Program-made: the position numbers and the translations under genes | The notes under the pieces: model-generated | The model's input: the letters and a program-made list of their open reading frames with translations, nothing else | Database searches by the model: none | Told to the model about the DNA's origin: nothing | NCBI GenBank assembly: GCA_002269645.1 | Contig: NIVC01001587.1 | Location: 124,001-188,000 of the forward strand | Reading direction: 5' to 3' | DNA: 64,000 nt | From: Macrostomum lignano | Lineage: Eukaryota | Shown here: positions 1 to 12,231 of the stretch, in pieces | Layout of the letters: each line of letters begins with the position of its first letter | How positions within the stretch are numbered: position 1 is the stretch's first letter

Positions 1-450
1 GTGCAGAGAGTACGGGCTGGGTAAGAGGGAGGGAGTGGGGTGTGTGCAGAGAGTACGGGCTGGGTAAGAGGGAGGGAGTGGGGTGTGTGCAGAGAGTACG
101 GGCTGGGTAAGAGGGAGGGAGTGGGGTGTGTGCAGAGAGTACGGGCTGGGTAAGAGGGAGGGAGTGGGGTGTGTGTAGAGAGTACGGGCTGGGTAAGAGG
201 GAGGGAGTGGGGTGTGTGCAGAGAGTACGGGCTGGGTAAGAGGGAGGGAGTGGGGTGTGTGCAGAGAGTACGGGCTGGGTAAGAGGGAGGGAGTGGGGTG
301 TGTGCAGAGAGTACGGGCTAGGTAAGAGGGAGGGAGTGGGGTGTGTGCAGAGAGTACGGGCTGGGTAAGAGGGAGGGAGTGGGGTGTGTGCAGAGAGTAT
401 GGGCTGGGTAAGAGGGAGGGAGTGGGGTGTGCAAAGAGTACGGGCTGAGT
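1..450. repeat. 43-bp minisatellite (GTGCAGAGAGTACGGGCTGGGTAAGAGGGAGGGAGTGGGGTGT)n, about 10 copies, runs off window start
   Basis: Unit recurs at 1, 44, 87 etc.; probably intronic in the gene whose last exon is at 1735. Confidence 0.95.
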
Positions 451-1328
451 AAGAGGGGGAGTGAGGCGAGTGCAAAAATACTGGCTGTGTAGTTGTAGTA
501 AGACGAGGCCAGAATATTAAAGCAATTAACGGGGAATTCAGAGGCGAAGAGACGTTGAACCTTTGAATGCATGAAAGATCCTCCAAGGCTGAGCCAATTA
601 AGCATCTGTCAAAGCCAGAAAAGGCTTTGACATCATTTTCTGCAACTGATGACACACCGGTACTTCTGTATCACTTCTGTACAACTTCAACTACTTGCGA
701 CGGTTGTAAAACTTTTCCACTCTCTCCAGTGGCTGCAGATGCTGAGGGGCTGTCGCGTCAGTCCACTCAGCTTTGCGTGGGGGGCAACTTGATTGACTGC
801 TGGGGGAGGGGGGATGGGAGACCCGAGACCCCGGTCGAAGTGCAATTTTATCGGATTTAGCTCTGGCAGATGTGGCTTTAGGAGGCAGTTTAATTGGCAC
901 TGAAGCGAGGCAAAAAATTTTTGAGGAGTTTTTAATGCAAACCTCTAGCAAGCTGACAGCTTAGTACGGTAAAATGAGCAGATTTGAATGAGCCACTCGT
1001 TTTTTGCGTCTGCATTTTACTGATTATGCCAATCAGGCTTCGAGTCAAAATGCGCAAGTGCAACAGCGGCCCGTAGGTGTAATATTCAATAGATGTAGAA
1101 GGCTATAGAGAATGATACCATTAACACTCCCTAACTCAATACATACTCCATCCTTTCTTCGACTGAGGGAAGGTGATGATCCGTGGGCCTGAGCTCATTC
1201 AGTACAATATAGAACATCTTTTCAATATCTGTTGACGTTAATTTTTGTTGGATTCGTAACACCTTTGCAGCAGGAACCATATAACTTGATGCTGATTCTA
1301 AACCAATATAACTTCGATCAGTACTCCT

Positions 1329-1535
1329 TAGCCTAGGCTACAAAAGGGGTTGGACTCACGACTGAAAGGGAGGAACAAAGGAACAATTTGTTCCTTGAGC
1401 AAGACACTTAACTATGCGTTGCTTCAGTTCACCCAGCTTTAAAATGGGTGCCAGCATTAGCTGGGGTAATTGAGGGTGTGTGTGGCGACCCCCCAGTCCT
1501 TGGACTGAACAGCCGTACGCAGCCTTCAGCGCAAT
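1329..1535 (+). mobile_element. tRNA-derived CORE-type SINE (family A), degenerate copy lacking B box
   Basis: CCTTGAGCAAGACACTTAACT...CTTCAGTT...TAAAATGGG resembles the MIR/CORE domain; shares GGACTCACGACTGAAAGG and 3' GGCGACCCCCAGTCCTTGGACTGAACAGCC with copies at 32713 and 35926. Confidence 0.75.
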
Positions 1536-1734
1536 AGCTGTTGCCGAGCGTATATTATTATCTTTGGCCTAGGAGCAGCAACTTTCTACGAGTGATCGTC
1601 AGGCATGTGCACTCTCTGCGCGCCTTTGGGTTTGGCCCTCGTGGCTGTTGCAGGACAACCTCCCCCGGCCAGTTTTTGTCCACTGCCGTAGACCTTCCGC
1701 ACCAGCCGTCTCTCGTTTCTCTCTCTTCTTCCAG

Positions 1735-1991
1735 GCTCGCCCTACGGCCGCTGCACCTCCAGGCGGGCCAACATGCGACTCGCCGGCGAGGGCGCCTGCC
1801 AGACGGACGCCGACTGCCCGGCGGCCAGCTGCTGCGTCGCTGTGCGCAGCCGACGCGGCGCTCCGACGAAGCGTCAGCCACGACGCGGTCGACGCTGCGG
1901 CGAGTGCGGCGTTGGCGTCGAGAATTCGGACAGCATGGAGAGCCTGTTCAACCAGTACTACAGCGCCATGATGCGGAAGCGATTCGGCTGA
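1735..1991 (+). CDS. Terminal exon of a Cys-rich, probably secreted peptide precursor (prokineticin/colipase-like C-x5-C-x4-CC motif)
   Basis: Long polypyrimidine tract + TTCCAG acceptor at 1734; GC-rich frame SPYGRCTSRRANMRLAGEGACQTDADCPAASCCVAVRSRRGAPTKRQPRRGRRCGECG...RKRFG*; upstream exons not identified. Confidence 0.55.
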
Positions 1992-3275
1992 CTGAAGCGG
2001 AGCCAGTGGATTCATCAATCAAAATACACCTTCGGAACGGCATTGTTTGAGACTAAATATTTTTAAGCTCAATTCAACACCAGAAAATGGCTATCGCGTT
2101 GAACAAAAACAGTTGAGATTTCGAGGCAAAGATAAAACAAAAAGAATGAATAAATTTGAGGTAAATATTCATGCTTATCCTGTTCCGCATCAAGCAGAAA
2201 TGTCAAAGGCTTCAACTTATTTGCTGATGGAAGTCAAGCTTAATTCCACGTCATGGGCACTGTGATTATCAGTCTGGGGCAACAGGTGGCACACAAGTTC
2301 TCGCTTGACTTACTTCTTCAATATTTCATAGTTCGTGCCTGCTATGCCCTACAATTTTCTACCTCCTATTTCAGCTTTCATCTTCTATCATCATCAACTT
2401 TCTTTGATTTAGCCGCATTCGGCTTTCGTTCGGCTCATGCCATCCAACCTGTTCGAACCATTAATTTTCACCTGCCGGGCCTGCTAAGCACCTGTGGTCC
2501 TTCTCGTCCGAACTTTTTGAACAAGCTCATCTATAAGCTACCTATAAAACTACTGACGCATACTTTGTAAAATTAAATGGAACTTTCTTTAAATGGAGCT
2601 AAACTATATAGCCTAGCGTGACAGCTCCCGGATCATCAGTATGCGGTGACTTTCATTGAAGGCTTTTAACTGACAGCTTCGAAATTTTGGCTAGGACGTG
2701 ATGGACCTCAACTGGAGGACATCCGGCCGCCTGATGGCACAGAGAAGGGGTGTGGGAAACTCCCACATCCTCTCCTTGCTAGAGAGTCAGAGAGAGAAAG
2801 TGTGCATGAGCTACTCACGCGAGAGCGGCCCCCGACTCTGTTTAGAATGTGCATGTGGGCGCTGAGAATGAACTCCCTTGATTAAAACTCGACCATTGAT
2901 TTCTGTCGGGTACGGATCGGAATGCCAATGCAGACTCGCTTTTTTTCTTCGTTATATCCGACTCGGCGCATGTATATCCCCCTCTGGGAATTTCCTTTTC
3001 ACTGGCTCGAAATGGAGATTTCGAATGAAGAAAAGCGTGATGTACGGACACGCCGAACTGTTGTCACGGCTTTTTTAAACAAAATTTTAGTTTTTACTCT
3101 GTTCACCATTCCACTGCGGTTGCATTGGTGGGGCAAAAAGATTACAGCCGAAGAAGTTTATTGATGATGAAGCTTTTGTGCGGCATCTGTCGTATCGTCT
3201 CACTCTTTGACAGAGTGCACGGAGCATTTTGTATTGCAACAATGCTCTATTGATCAAGTGAATCTAGGGGGCTGC

Positions 3276-3617
3276 GTGCACCCTGGCGCACTTTAAGCGA
3301 CATTGTCGCACAACCGGCGAGAGGCATTGCTGCCCATTCCGCCCGACTCCCCTGAGCAGGCAGACAAGCGCGCGGATACGTACGCAGTCATACGCACAGG
3401 CACACACTCACACAGGAGTGTACAGCGGCCCTAACTTTATTTATCGTTAGGCATGTACACTTCACTGTGCCTTGGGGGTTGGCCATCAAGGCCGTTAATT
3501 GCACGAGCAGAGCCCAGCCGAGATTTCAATTTAGCCCCAAATTAATGTGACTGCACTGGGAATCGAGCCTGGGCCGCTGGCCCATGAGAGCGCCACGATG
3601 GACCACTGGGCTACCCC
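3276..3617 (-). mobile_element. tRNA-derived SINE (family B), near full length
   Basis: Reverse complement begins GGGGTAGCCCAGTGGT (A box) and GGCTCGATTCCC (B box); body repeated at 27789, 45840, 48150, 52703 and about 1590. Confidence 0.8.
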
Positions 3618-3765
3618 CCCCCTAAGACATCGACATAGTTTAGCCTATTGTTCACCCTACTATACACCTGTATTTATCTGGCAATTGTTCAACCTACTTC
3701 TAAGCTTCATAACTTATTGTTGAGCGAATCACGCCAGCAATTAGTTATGGAAGTCTTGTTGTGCT

Positions 3766-4012
3766 TTTGGCTTTAGCCTTTAGCAATTGTCAGTCTAGCG
3801 GTCTGTTGACCTCTGACGCGTCTATCATTTATTTCATAACTCAATGGCATGGTTCAATTCATCAACGCAGTCGCGTAACCTTTTGGCTTTGGCTTTGCTT
3901 TTGGCTTTAGCCCTTGGCAATTGTCAGTCTAGCGGTCTGTTGACCTCTGACGCGTCTATCATTTATTTCATAACTCAATAGCATGGTTCAATTCATCAAC
4001 GCAGTCGCGTAA
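3766..4012. repeat. Two-copy tandem duplication of about 125 bp
   Basis: GCAATTGTCAGTCTAGCGGTCTGTTGACCTCTGACGCG...GCAGTCGCGTAAC present twice. Confidence 0.9.
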
Positions 4013-4955
4013 CAAAAATGTCTATGGCAAAGCCATCAACCCACAACAAGTCTTAAGCGGTTTAGTTTTGACACCGATGTTACAAGTATTTGCTCGCTTT
4101 TGTGTGCAAAAGGTTTTGCAGCTCCCGTCAGATAACTGTTTCATTGGTCTCCACTTCAACGCATGCTTGTGAAAGGTTTTGAATTTCCCCAGTTTTTGTA
4201 CTTCCGTGAACTGCGCCGCTGCATGGTTCGGTTGCTGCCGCTGAGGGCAAACAATTTTTCTAAATTGGAACACCTGGGTTAGAACCTGATCAGGCAAGAC
4301 TACATTATTGATTCAGTTATGGCTCTGTCAGCCTTTCCCATGAAGTAGCGTATCCATGACTGCATGATGCTTCTTAAGATATGCATTTGTTCTCAAGATA
4401 CGTCTATCAGGCTATGCAGTCCATGAGAGTGCAAGAGATGATCGGGTGCCTTGGATAGAAAACAAATCTTTAGATTTGAACTAAAATGCTATTTCGGAGA
4501 TTTTGTTGAACAAATACACGAGCTTATGCGTAGCTAATGCGCTGCTATCGCTGAAGGTTGAATATCTGTTTGCTTTTGGTGTGGCCCAAGTTCGCTCAAG
4601 TATAGAGAGGATGGTTTGAGCAGATTCTTTTGCTGATGCGTCCTGAGCACGTCTGCTGCTACAGTACATAATTAAACTGAACGGTTCAGCTACACGTAGT
4701 CAAATACTCGTACTTTGCAATAATGTACTTTAGCACTCGTACGAGAATTTTCTGGAGACTTGGATTGCCCTGGAGACCCAGGAAGAATATTTTTGAGATT
4801 GAAGTCGGCATTCACGAGTACAACCGTCGTGCCAACCTACGAGTACAATGACTTAATAGTGACGATTGCATGTAACTTGCAACATGCTTTGGGGTGAGTT
4901 TTTAAGTGTCTACCAGAACTGATTTTCACGCTTAATCTGAATAAATTCTTAGGGG

Positions 4956-5270
4956 TGTCAGCTGCAGAGGGGACGCGCCAGCTACAGAGAGGAAGTGTCA
5001 GCCACAGAGAGGAAGTGTCAACCACAGAGAGGAAGTGTGAGCCACAGAGAGGAAGTGTCAGCCACAGAGAGGAAGTGTCAGCCACAGAGAGGAAGTGTGA
5101 GCCACAGAGAGGAAGTGTCAGCCACAGAGAGGAAGTGTCAGCCACAGAGAGGAAGTGTGAGCCACAGAGAGGAAGTGTCAGCCACAGAGAGGAAGTGTCA
5201 GCCACAGAGAGGAAGTGTCAGCCACAGAGAGGAAGTGTCAGCCAGAGAGGAAGTGTCAGCCAGAGAGGGG
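4956..5270. repeat. 20-bp minisatellite (GCCACAGAGAGGAAGTGTCA)n
   Basis: About 15 near-perfect copies. Confidence 0.95.
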
Positions 5271-5323
5271 TACACACTGTAAGATAAAAGCTTTGCAATT
5301 TTTGTGACCAGTTGCACCAAAAG

Positions 5324-5497
5324 GTCAGTAGACCGCAAACTGCCCTCTCAGATCTGTCAGTAGACTGCGAACTGCCCTCCCAGATCTATCAGTAGACTAC
5401 GAACTGCCCTCCCAGATCTATCAGTAGACTACGAACTGCCCTCCCAGATCTGTCAGTAGACTGCGAACTGCCCTCCCAGATCTGTCAGTAGACTGCG
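5324..5497. repeat. 32-bp minisatellite (GTCAGTAGACTGCGAACTGCCCTCCCAGATCT)n, about 5 copies
   Basis: Same unit as the array at 16316-17008. Confidence 0.95.
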
Positions 5498-7304
5498 GGA
5501 AATGAAAAGTTCAATAAAAAAACTGCATGACGTCAAGATATAAGTTGCCCCAGTGAAAAAGATCTCAAGGCTCTCAAGGATCAAGCAAAAGCATATTGTA
5601 TGTCAAAGACAGTCTCTGAGCAGGACGAAGCAACAACAATTACCTTTGTCGGTTGCTTGCATTGGCTAATCTTATACTCTGAGCTAATGGACTGTTTTTG
5701 CTTTATTTTGTTTCCAAATAGTTTTGAAATCTCTCAATGTTTTACCTTGATAAATTTCCGTAAAAGATATAATTATATAAAATATAATTTTGCTTAATAA
5801 CGTCGGCAAAAAACCACCATTTCAACAACCATCAGACGAGTAGCGGTCTTTTGAGTGATTCGAAACGATAGCTGCTAATGTTAACATGTGATGATGATCC
5901 CTTGTTTCTTTTTTGGGGCAAAAGTTTACTTCTTTTAAGGCAAGCAACAAGACGATAGCAATTAAAATCTGCCCATTGTACGAAGAAAGAAGGATGTGAG
6001 CTTAAGACCCTCAAATGGAAGCGGTGGCCGATGGATCCCGTTTCTCTATCGGATCCCACAACTGGAGACACTACTTTCGTAAAAGTAAGGTCGAACCTCC
6101 CACAGGAAGACCGAGACCGGTTTCTGGCTTGTTTGCCTTCGTCGTGAAGTCAGCAATAGGCACACGCCGCGTCCTCTTCCAACTTTCTCAGTGTGCACAG
6201 ACGTTTCTTTTATGTTGCCATTTCTTTAATGACGATATTTTGAGGCTGTGTAAGAGATTTTAAGATTCAAATCTTTATTCGTTTACTTTTCTCAGTAGTA
6301 TAAATTAAATCACTCACAGCTTTTTTCTTTTCCCTTTTACGCGTAGGTCTGAAAACAACCGTCTTTAGCGTTGGTTCGGCCCTTTGACTTTGTCGCTTCA
6401 AAAATGCCCTTAAGTTCACATTCTGGAAGTGAAACGGTAGGATGGAGAATGGAGAATGGAAATGGAGACACGGTAGGCTTTTATATTGAGCCTTCTCTCC
6501 AATAGTTCCAACAATTGGACTGGCAATAAGGGAAGAGTCGTCGAGAACTGCCTTCCTCTTCGAATTCTAAGTCAAAACTGAGCAAAACTATCTACGTATG
6601 TTCCTACGTCAGTTAGAGCTGTAGAGATGTAGGTTTGGGTTTTTAGGCAGATGACGCAAAAAACGCAAATTATACTACTATCTGAAAATGAAGTAAATAG
6701 TATCTGAAAATGCTATCCTAAGCGTGATATACATAGCAATATGTACTCGTATATGTACATTAATCCATGTACTCATATATGTACATTAATCCCATATACT
6801 GCATTAATCCCTATCTATCTCAAATTGTACATTGTCCATGTCTATCCCCAATTCTATACACAGTACATACTTCTACATGTGCATTAAGCTATATTTCTAC
6901 ATGTACAGTGTCATACATTAATCCCCAGACGGCCCGCGCTCTCTGCGAATGAATCACCAAGATTACATGTACAACTCGAAACCATACTACATGTACAGTT
7001 GTACGCTGTACAATCCCATCTACTACCAAATGAGTCAACTAATTGTATAGCTCACATCGTAATGTATATTTCCAATGTACATCCTCAGAGACAGATTTGA
7101 ATAATACTGGTCGGAGTCTATATGTACATCGATAGCCTCTATACTCATATCCGCTACATACCCCAAAAATTAGGTATGTACATTTTCACCCTCGGAGAAT
7201 GTAGGTTTGAATATGCTGATAATTTATTCGAAATCACTTATAAAATACACATACTTTCATATAGAGGCGGGCCTGTACAAACTCTCGCCAAGCGATGGGG
7301 TGGA

Positions 7305-8069
7305 GGAGCCGGAAAACTGCCAGCCGACAACTGCCAGCCGAGAAATCTGCCGGCCGACAACTGCCAGCCGACAAGTTCTAGCTAATTGAATCTACTGTAG
7401 CCTACTTATTAGCTAAGTAAAAAGCACGAAACTGTTTGGCTAGCAAAAGGCTTGTGGGGTAGCCTTAAATGTCGCCCTTCCCTTCCCTAAATTTTTCAGA
7501 TTTCCATTAGAAGTATAGATGTGAAGGAGAAGGCATTCAAATTTCGTATTTTAGGTAGCCTTTGCTCTTTCTTTGAAAGCTTTATTTAAGTAAAGTAATT
7601 TAATAGACTTATCTAGGATTGCGTCATATAGCAATCGCAATCGCAAATTAAATAATAAAGTAAATAAACTTTCAATACAGAAATATTTACAATAGGCATT
7701 ACAGAATGCCTTCTTCACATCTATACTTCTAATGGAAATCTGAAAAATTTAGGGAAGGGAAGGGCGACATTTAAGGCTACCCCACAAGCCTTTTGCTAGC
7801 CAAACAGTTTCGTGCTTTTTACTTAGCTAATAAGTAGGCTACAGTAGATTCAATTATCTAGAACTTGTCGGCTGGCAGTTGTCGGCTGGCAGTTGTCGGC
7901 TGGCAGTTTTCCGGCTGGCAGTTTTCTCGGCTGGCAATTGTCGACTGGCAATTGTCGACTGGCAGTTGTCGGCTGGCAGTTTTCCGGCTGGCAGTTTTCT
8001 CGGCTGGCAATTGTCGGTTGGCAGTTTTCCGGCTGGCAGTTGTCGGCTGGCAGTTTTCCGGCTGGCAGT
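7305..8069. mobile_element. Foldback-type non-autonomous DNA transposon with long inverted arms carrying internal tandem repeats
   Basis: About 230-bp inverted repeats (7305-7538 vs 7704 onward) with CTGCCAGCCGACAA-type subrepeats; TGGGGTGGA directly repeated at 7296-7304 and 8070-8078 (9-bp TSD candidate). Confidence 0.75.
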
Positions 8070-9116
8070 TGGGGTGGACCCATTTTCAGTGTACAGACAG
8101 ATCTTTCCACAGCACAGACCCTATATTAAACTTCATTCAGCAAAACCCCTCTCTTCTCTGATTACGTCATCCATGCCGCCCCAGATAGCAAGAAACCAAC
8201 TTTTAATGCACACATCAACCCCGCGAATCTGAGCAAATCCGAGTCCGCCAACCTCTACCTGCATTGACAAACCCCAGCTGCATTTGTAAATGTACACAGC
8301 CTATGAATCAGTGTCTCCACCGCATGCAATTCTGATTTACTTGATTCTAAACTTTGTAAATAGTATAAGTCACCCTTGCGTTTACTAGAAGTAGTGAAGT
8401 CCACAAATTTAAATACGTTAGGCTATTCAATTCTGCCTCTCCCCCGTCTCCCCTGCCTTCTCACTTCAAGCTTTCAGACTTGGTCTTTGAGACGGTTTAA
8501 TCTGTTAGAAGCAGGAATGAATCATGCACTGACCTCTCCATACAAAGTAAAGTTGGAATTTCAAACAAGAAATTTGGTTATTTTGAAAGCTAAATGACTA
8601 GAAATGCACATTTTTTTATTAAAATGCAGCTTTTCACAGTTTTTTTTACGATTTTAACCTTAAAATGCAGACTTTGTTGATCAAAATCAGTAGTTATTAT
8701 TATTTGTGTTATGCTCCTCCAATATGTTATTTAAAAAATGGAGAGCCTGCGTGCACAGCAGCCACCCACCAAGTGTTTTAATTGCGTGCATGCATGGCAG
8801 CTGCATCTTGATACAGTATGTACGTCTCGTACATCGTGGACATGCAGCAAAACTGTATATACATGTAGTACGTAGTATTGTGCACTAATAATAAAGATTG
8901 TCTATATATACACACATGACTAACTGCATTTTTAATGAATGTAGCACATATACATAGCAATGAAATATCTTAAAATGAATACTAAGATAAAGCTGCGATA
9001 AAAATACACTAAAATATTTAATACTGATAAATACTATAAAGACTGAAGTAGGGCCTATAATGTAGAAAATCAATATAAATGTTTTGATTTGCAAAAAACT
9101 ATGTAATAATAATATG

Positions 9117-9413
9117 CATACATGCGCAACAGTTGGCCGAGTCGGCCGATCTGGCCGACTGATTTGATAGCCAACCAAGATAAGTCGCAAAAATGCCCAC
9201 CCAAATAGATACCCAAGTAGTACTAAGTAGATGATGAAGCATTTTGCCTTAATAAGACAGTCATAGTTACTCCTGCCGTTTACCCAAAGTTGCATTAATT
9301 TTGCTTTAGGGTTTCTTTTACATGTAAGTCGCATTTTTGGCCAACAACTACGTCACATTTTTGTTAAAACTAAGTTGCACGGCTGACTGAATTTTGGAGG
9401 TTGCGCATGTATG
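9117..9413. mobile_element. 297-bp hAT-type MITE, copy 1
   Basis: 14-bp TIR CATACATGCGCAAC/GTTGCGCATGTATG; perfect 8-bp TSD ATAATATG. Confidence 0.9.
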
Positions 9414-12231
9414 ATAATATGTAAAAGAAACTTCTTCAAGTCGAACAATTCGAATAATCAAATTAATTTCGTTGTGATGACAGATGAATAAAGGAATGCG
9501 TCCTTAGCTTGGTAGAATGCACCGTAATTTTTTTATATTTAGTTTGTATAATATATTTAAATTAGAGTAATTAGTTCTATTATTGAAACTGAATAGACTC
9601 TGGAATGGGAATGGCTCTTATGGCTTACTCTTATGGCTTAAGGTTACCACGGCACCCAGAACCGATGGCCCTAACACCCAACACAGCGCATTTGCGTTTG
9701 AAATACGATAGGATTAATATACAGTAAAACAATAGTAGTAGAGTCTGTATAGTAAGTATCGCAGAAAGAAGAACTTGCTACTGAATAAATACCGACTAAA
9801 TAATTAAGAAATAATTTTCAGAAATGCGATATATTATAAAAAGTACATAGATTCAAATGATATGTTCTAGGCCCCTTCGCTATTTTATAATATCCCACCG
9901 ATTTGTCACCAAATCGTACTAGAAATCGTCTATCCTATTCTAAGAAAATGTATTAGGCCTATATTTCTAAAAATCCTACATTATACTTACATGTACTTTA
10001 ATTATACGCTATGGGTTATCGTCGGTACGAATTACCCTGGGTAGCTTCAGTGCCCGAGCGGCAAGACACTGCTGACTACTACTAAACTCTTAAACTATAC
10101 AGTCCAAACACGGCGTTACCACGGACTGAGGGGTTTCCGGCTTTAATACTGTCTCTTCCGACTAATACTGCATCACGCTTAGCTACAACAGCCTGAATCT
10201 ATTTGTTGGGAATCCTCCCTTTCTACTGGGCAATCCGCCCTTTCTTTTACTTAGCAAAACGCTTGTTCAGCAATCCCTGCTTAACTGCACTGGCAAAACG
10301 CCCTTTCTATCCAACACAGTATTTCCAACTCACAATCCTACTTAAATGACCAAGTCAGAAAACCAAAGAAATCTTAATTTCTAGGTTACTGAGTATTGAA
10401 CCCGAAAGGTTAAAGAAAACGTTCGATTTTCATCTTATATTTATACTAGTCAAAGTCTTTCCTTATTGGTTTGCGCTACACTCATTTTAACAACATTGAA
10501 TTAAAACAAATTATTCGCCTCAATTAAACAAAATTTCTACGTTGAAAACAAAATAATGCATTAAAACAAAAATATACGGCATTTGTTATTTGGCGGGAAT
10601 TTAACTTTTAAGAATAAAATTTTTTTCAGAGTAGAATAAAAAAATATAGGCCCTTTTACAGATACATAAAAATACTTTACAAGTGCTATAAATGAGTACC
10701 TACATTCTACAATTGCACTGTTACAGTTTGTTGCTGCTATTAAAGGAACTAAATGAAATAGCTAGATTGTGAGAACACGTTCATAATACATGTGTTTTTA
10801 ACGTTTTAGTGTGCATCCAGTGTCTACATTGTTGGAATTTTACTAGTGTATGTTGCCTGAATGTTGATCAGACTGAATGTTGCGACGAGATTCATACATT
10901 ATGTTAGCATGAAGTGCCAGCATAGTGCTATTTTTATGCTGACTCTATGCGACTAACATGCCTGTCCAATTATATAGTAAACCCATGACATGTAGCTTTT
11001 TGTGAGCAAATCACCAACCAGCATACCAATGACGCCTTCTCTCTTTTTGTGGCTTATAATAGTGGCTTATAATAGACATTCAATTTAAAATATAAGGTTT
11101 TACTGATTTTTCTCTTTGAAATTTTATTTTACGATGGCTGCCATGCTTGCAATTAAAACACTGGCAGTGGTTAGACAGCTACTAACCATGCATGCATAAG
11201 TTTAAGTTTTACTAACCTAAAACCTAAGTAGTTGGATTTCTATCCTCCAAATATTTGTACTTTTTATTACCTCGTACTTTTCAGTTAGCTGTCTCCCTTT
11301 GTCTACCATGCCTTTCCCACAGACTATTGTAACCATCAATTTACCACAGATAATTTGGCTGGTCTATTCATCATTGTTAGGCCTAGTATAAATACAACTT
11401 CAACCCGCAGCCACAGCTTAGGCCCTTCACCCCCCTTCTTTTCTACCCCTGCTAGGCCTAATCACATAGCTTGTGTTATTAGTTTATTGTCTATATGACA
11501 ATAGAAAACCTAAGTTGCTTTTTAGTATGTAGCATATAGTCCAAAATATATATATGCATAATATATATTTAAGATTGTAGTCCATTATAGGCCTAGGCCT
11601 ATGTATAATCAGAAAGGTAGCCTTTGTTATAAAAACTACTGGTATATTCAAAGGGCACTAAAATACTTAATGTATAATCAGGGCATATTTTGACTTTCCT
11701 AGTATATGTAGTATACAAGTTTTTTGGTTTTATAGTTATCTTGGGCAATAGTGACTTGTAGGTTGCAAGTTATAAGTTAAAGCATAGTTGGCTCAGATGT
11801 GAAATCAATAGGGGGGGGGGGGCTATAGTTAACAATGGCTTGCAATAGACATGCTATGTTGAGGATGATTAAGGGGATGCTTATAGCATAGCCAAGTGGT
11901 TTCAAAGTCACTATAGGCTAATTCAATAGGTTGTCCATTGAAGCTACCAGGCCCTTGCCAAACTTGCCATAGAATGCTAGCACATAGCCAAAAAGTGCAT
12001 GTATCTTTAGTATCACTAGAAGCTTAAGGTACCTATCTGCATGTCATTTGGAAGCAAGCAATATAGAGACTAAAGTCAGCTGCTAGACTTTGGCCAAAGC
12101 AAGCTTTGCATATAGCATTAAAGTCCTAAAGTGTAGTTCTAGTTGCATAAAGCTTCAATTGTGCATGCAGCACACTATAGCTCATCTCATCTACCTTCAA
12201 AAAGAGCTTTTTGCACACTAGGCCCTTTAGG

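Noticed and set aside
567-951. ORFs of 97 and 86 aa near the window start
   Set aside because: No domain similarity recognised and no consistent splice sites linking them to the 1735 exon
4022-4669. Minus-strand ORFs of 91 and 62 aa as a gene or transposase
   Set aside because: No recognisable motif, splice structure or coding-like composition
6015-6263. GRGRGVCLLL on the minus strand as an APE endonuclease remnant
   Set aside because: Single short motif without neighbouring APE motifs
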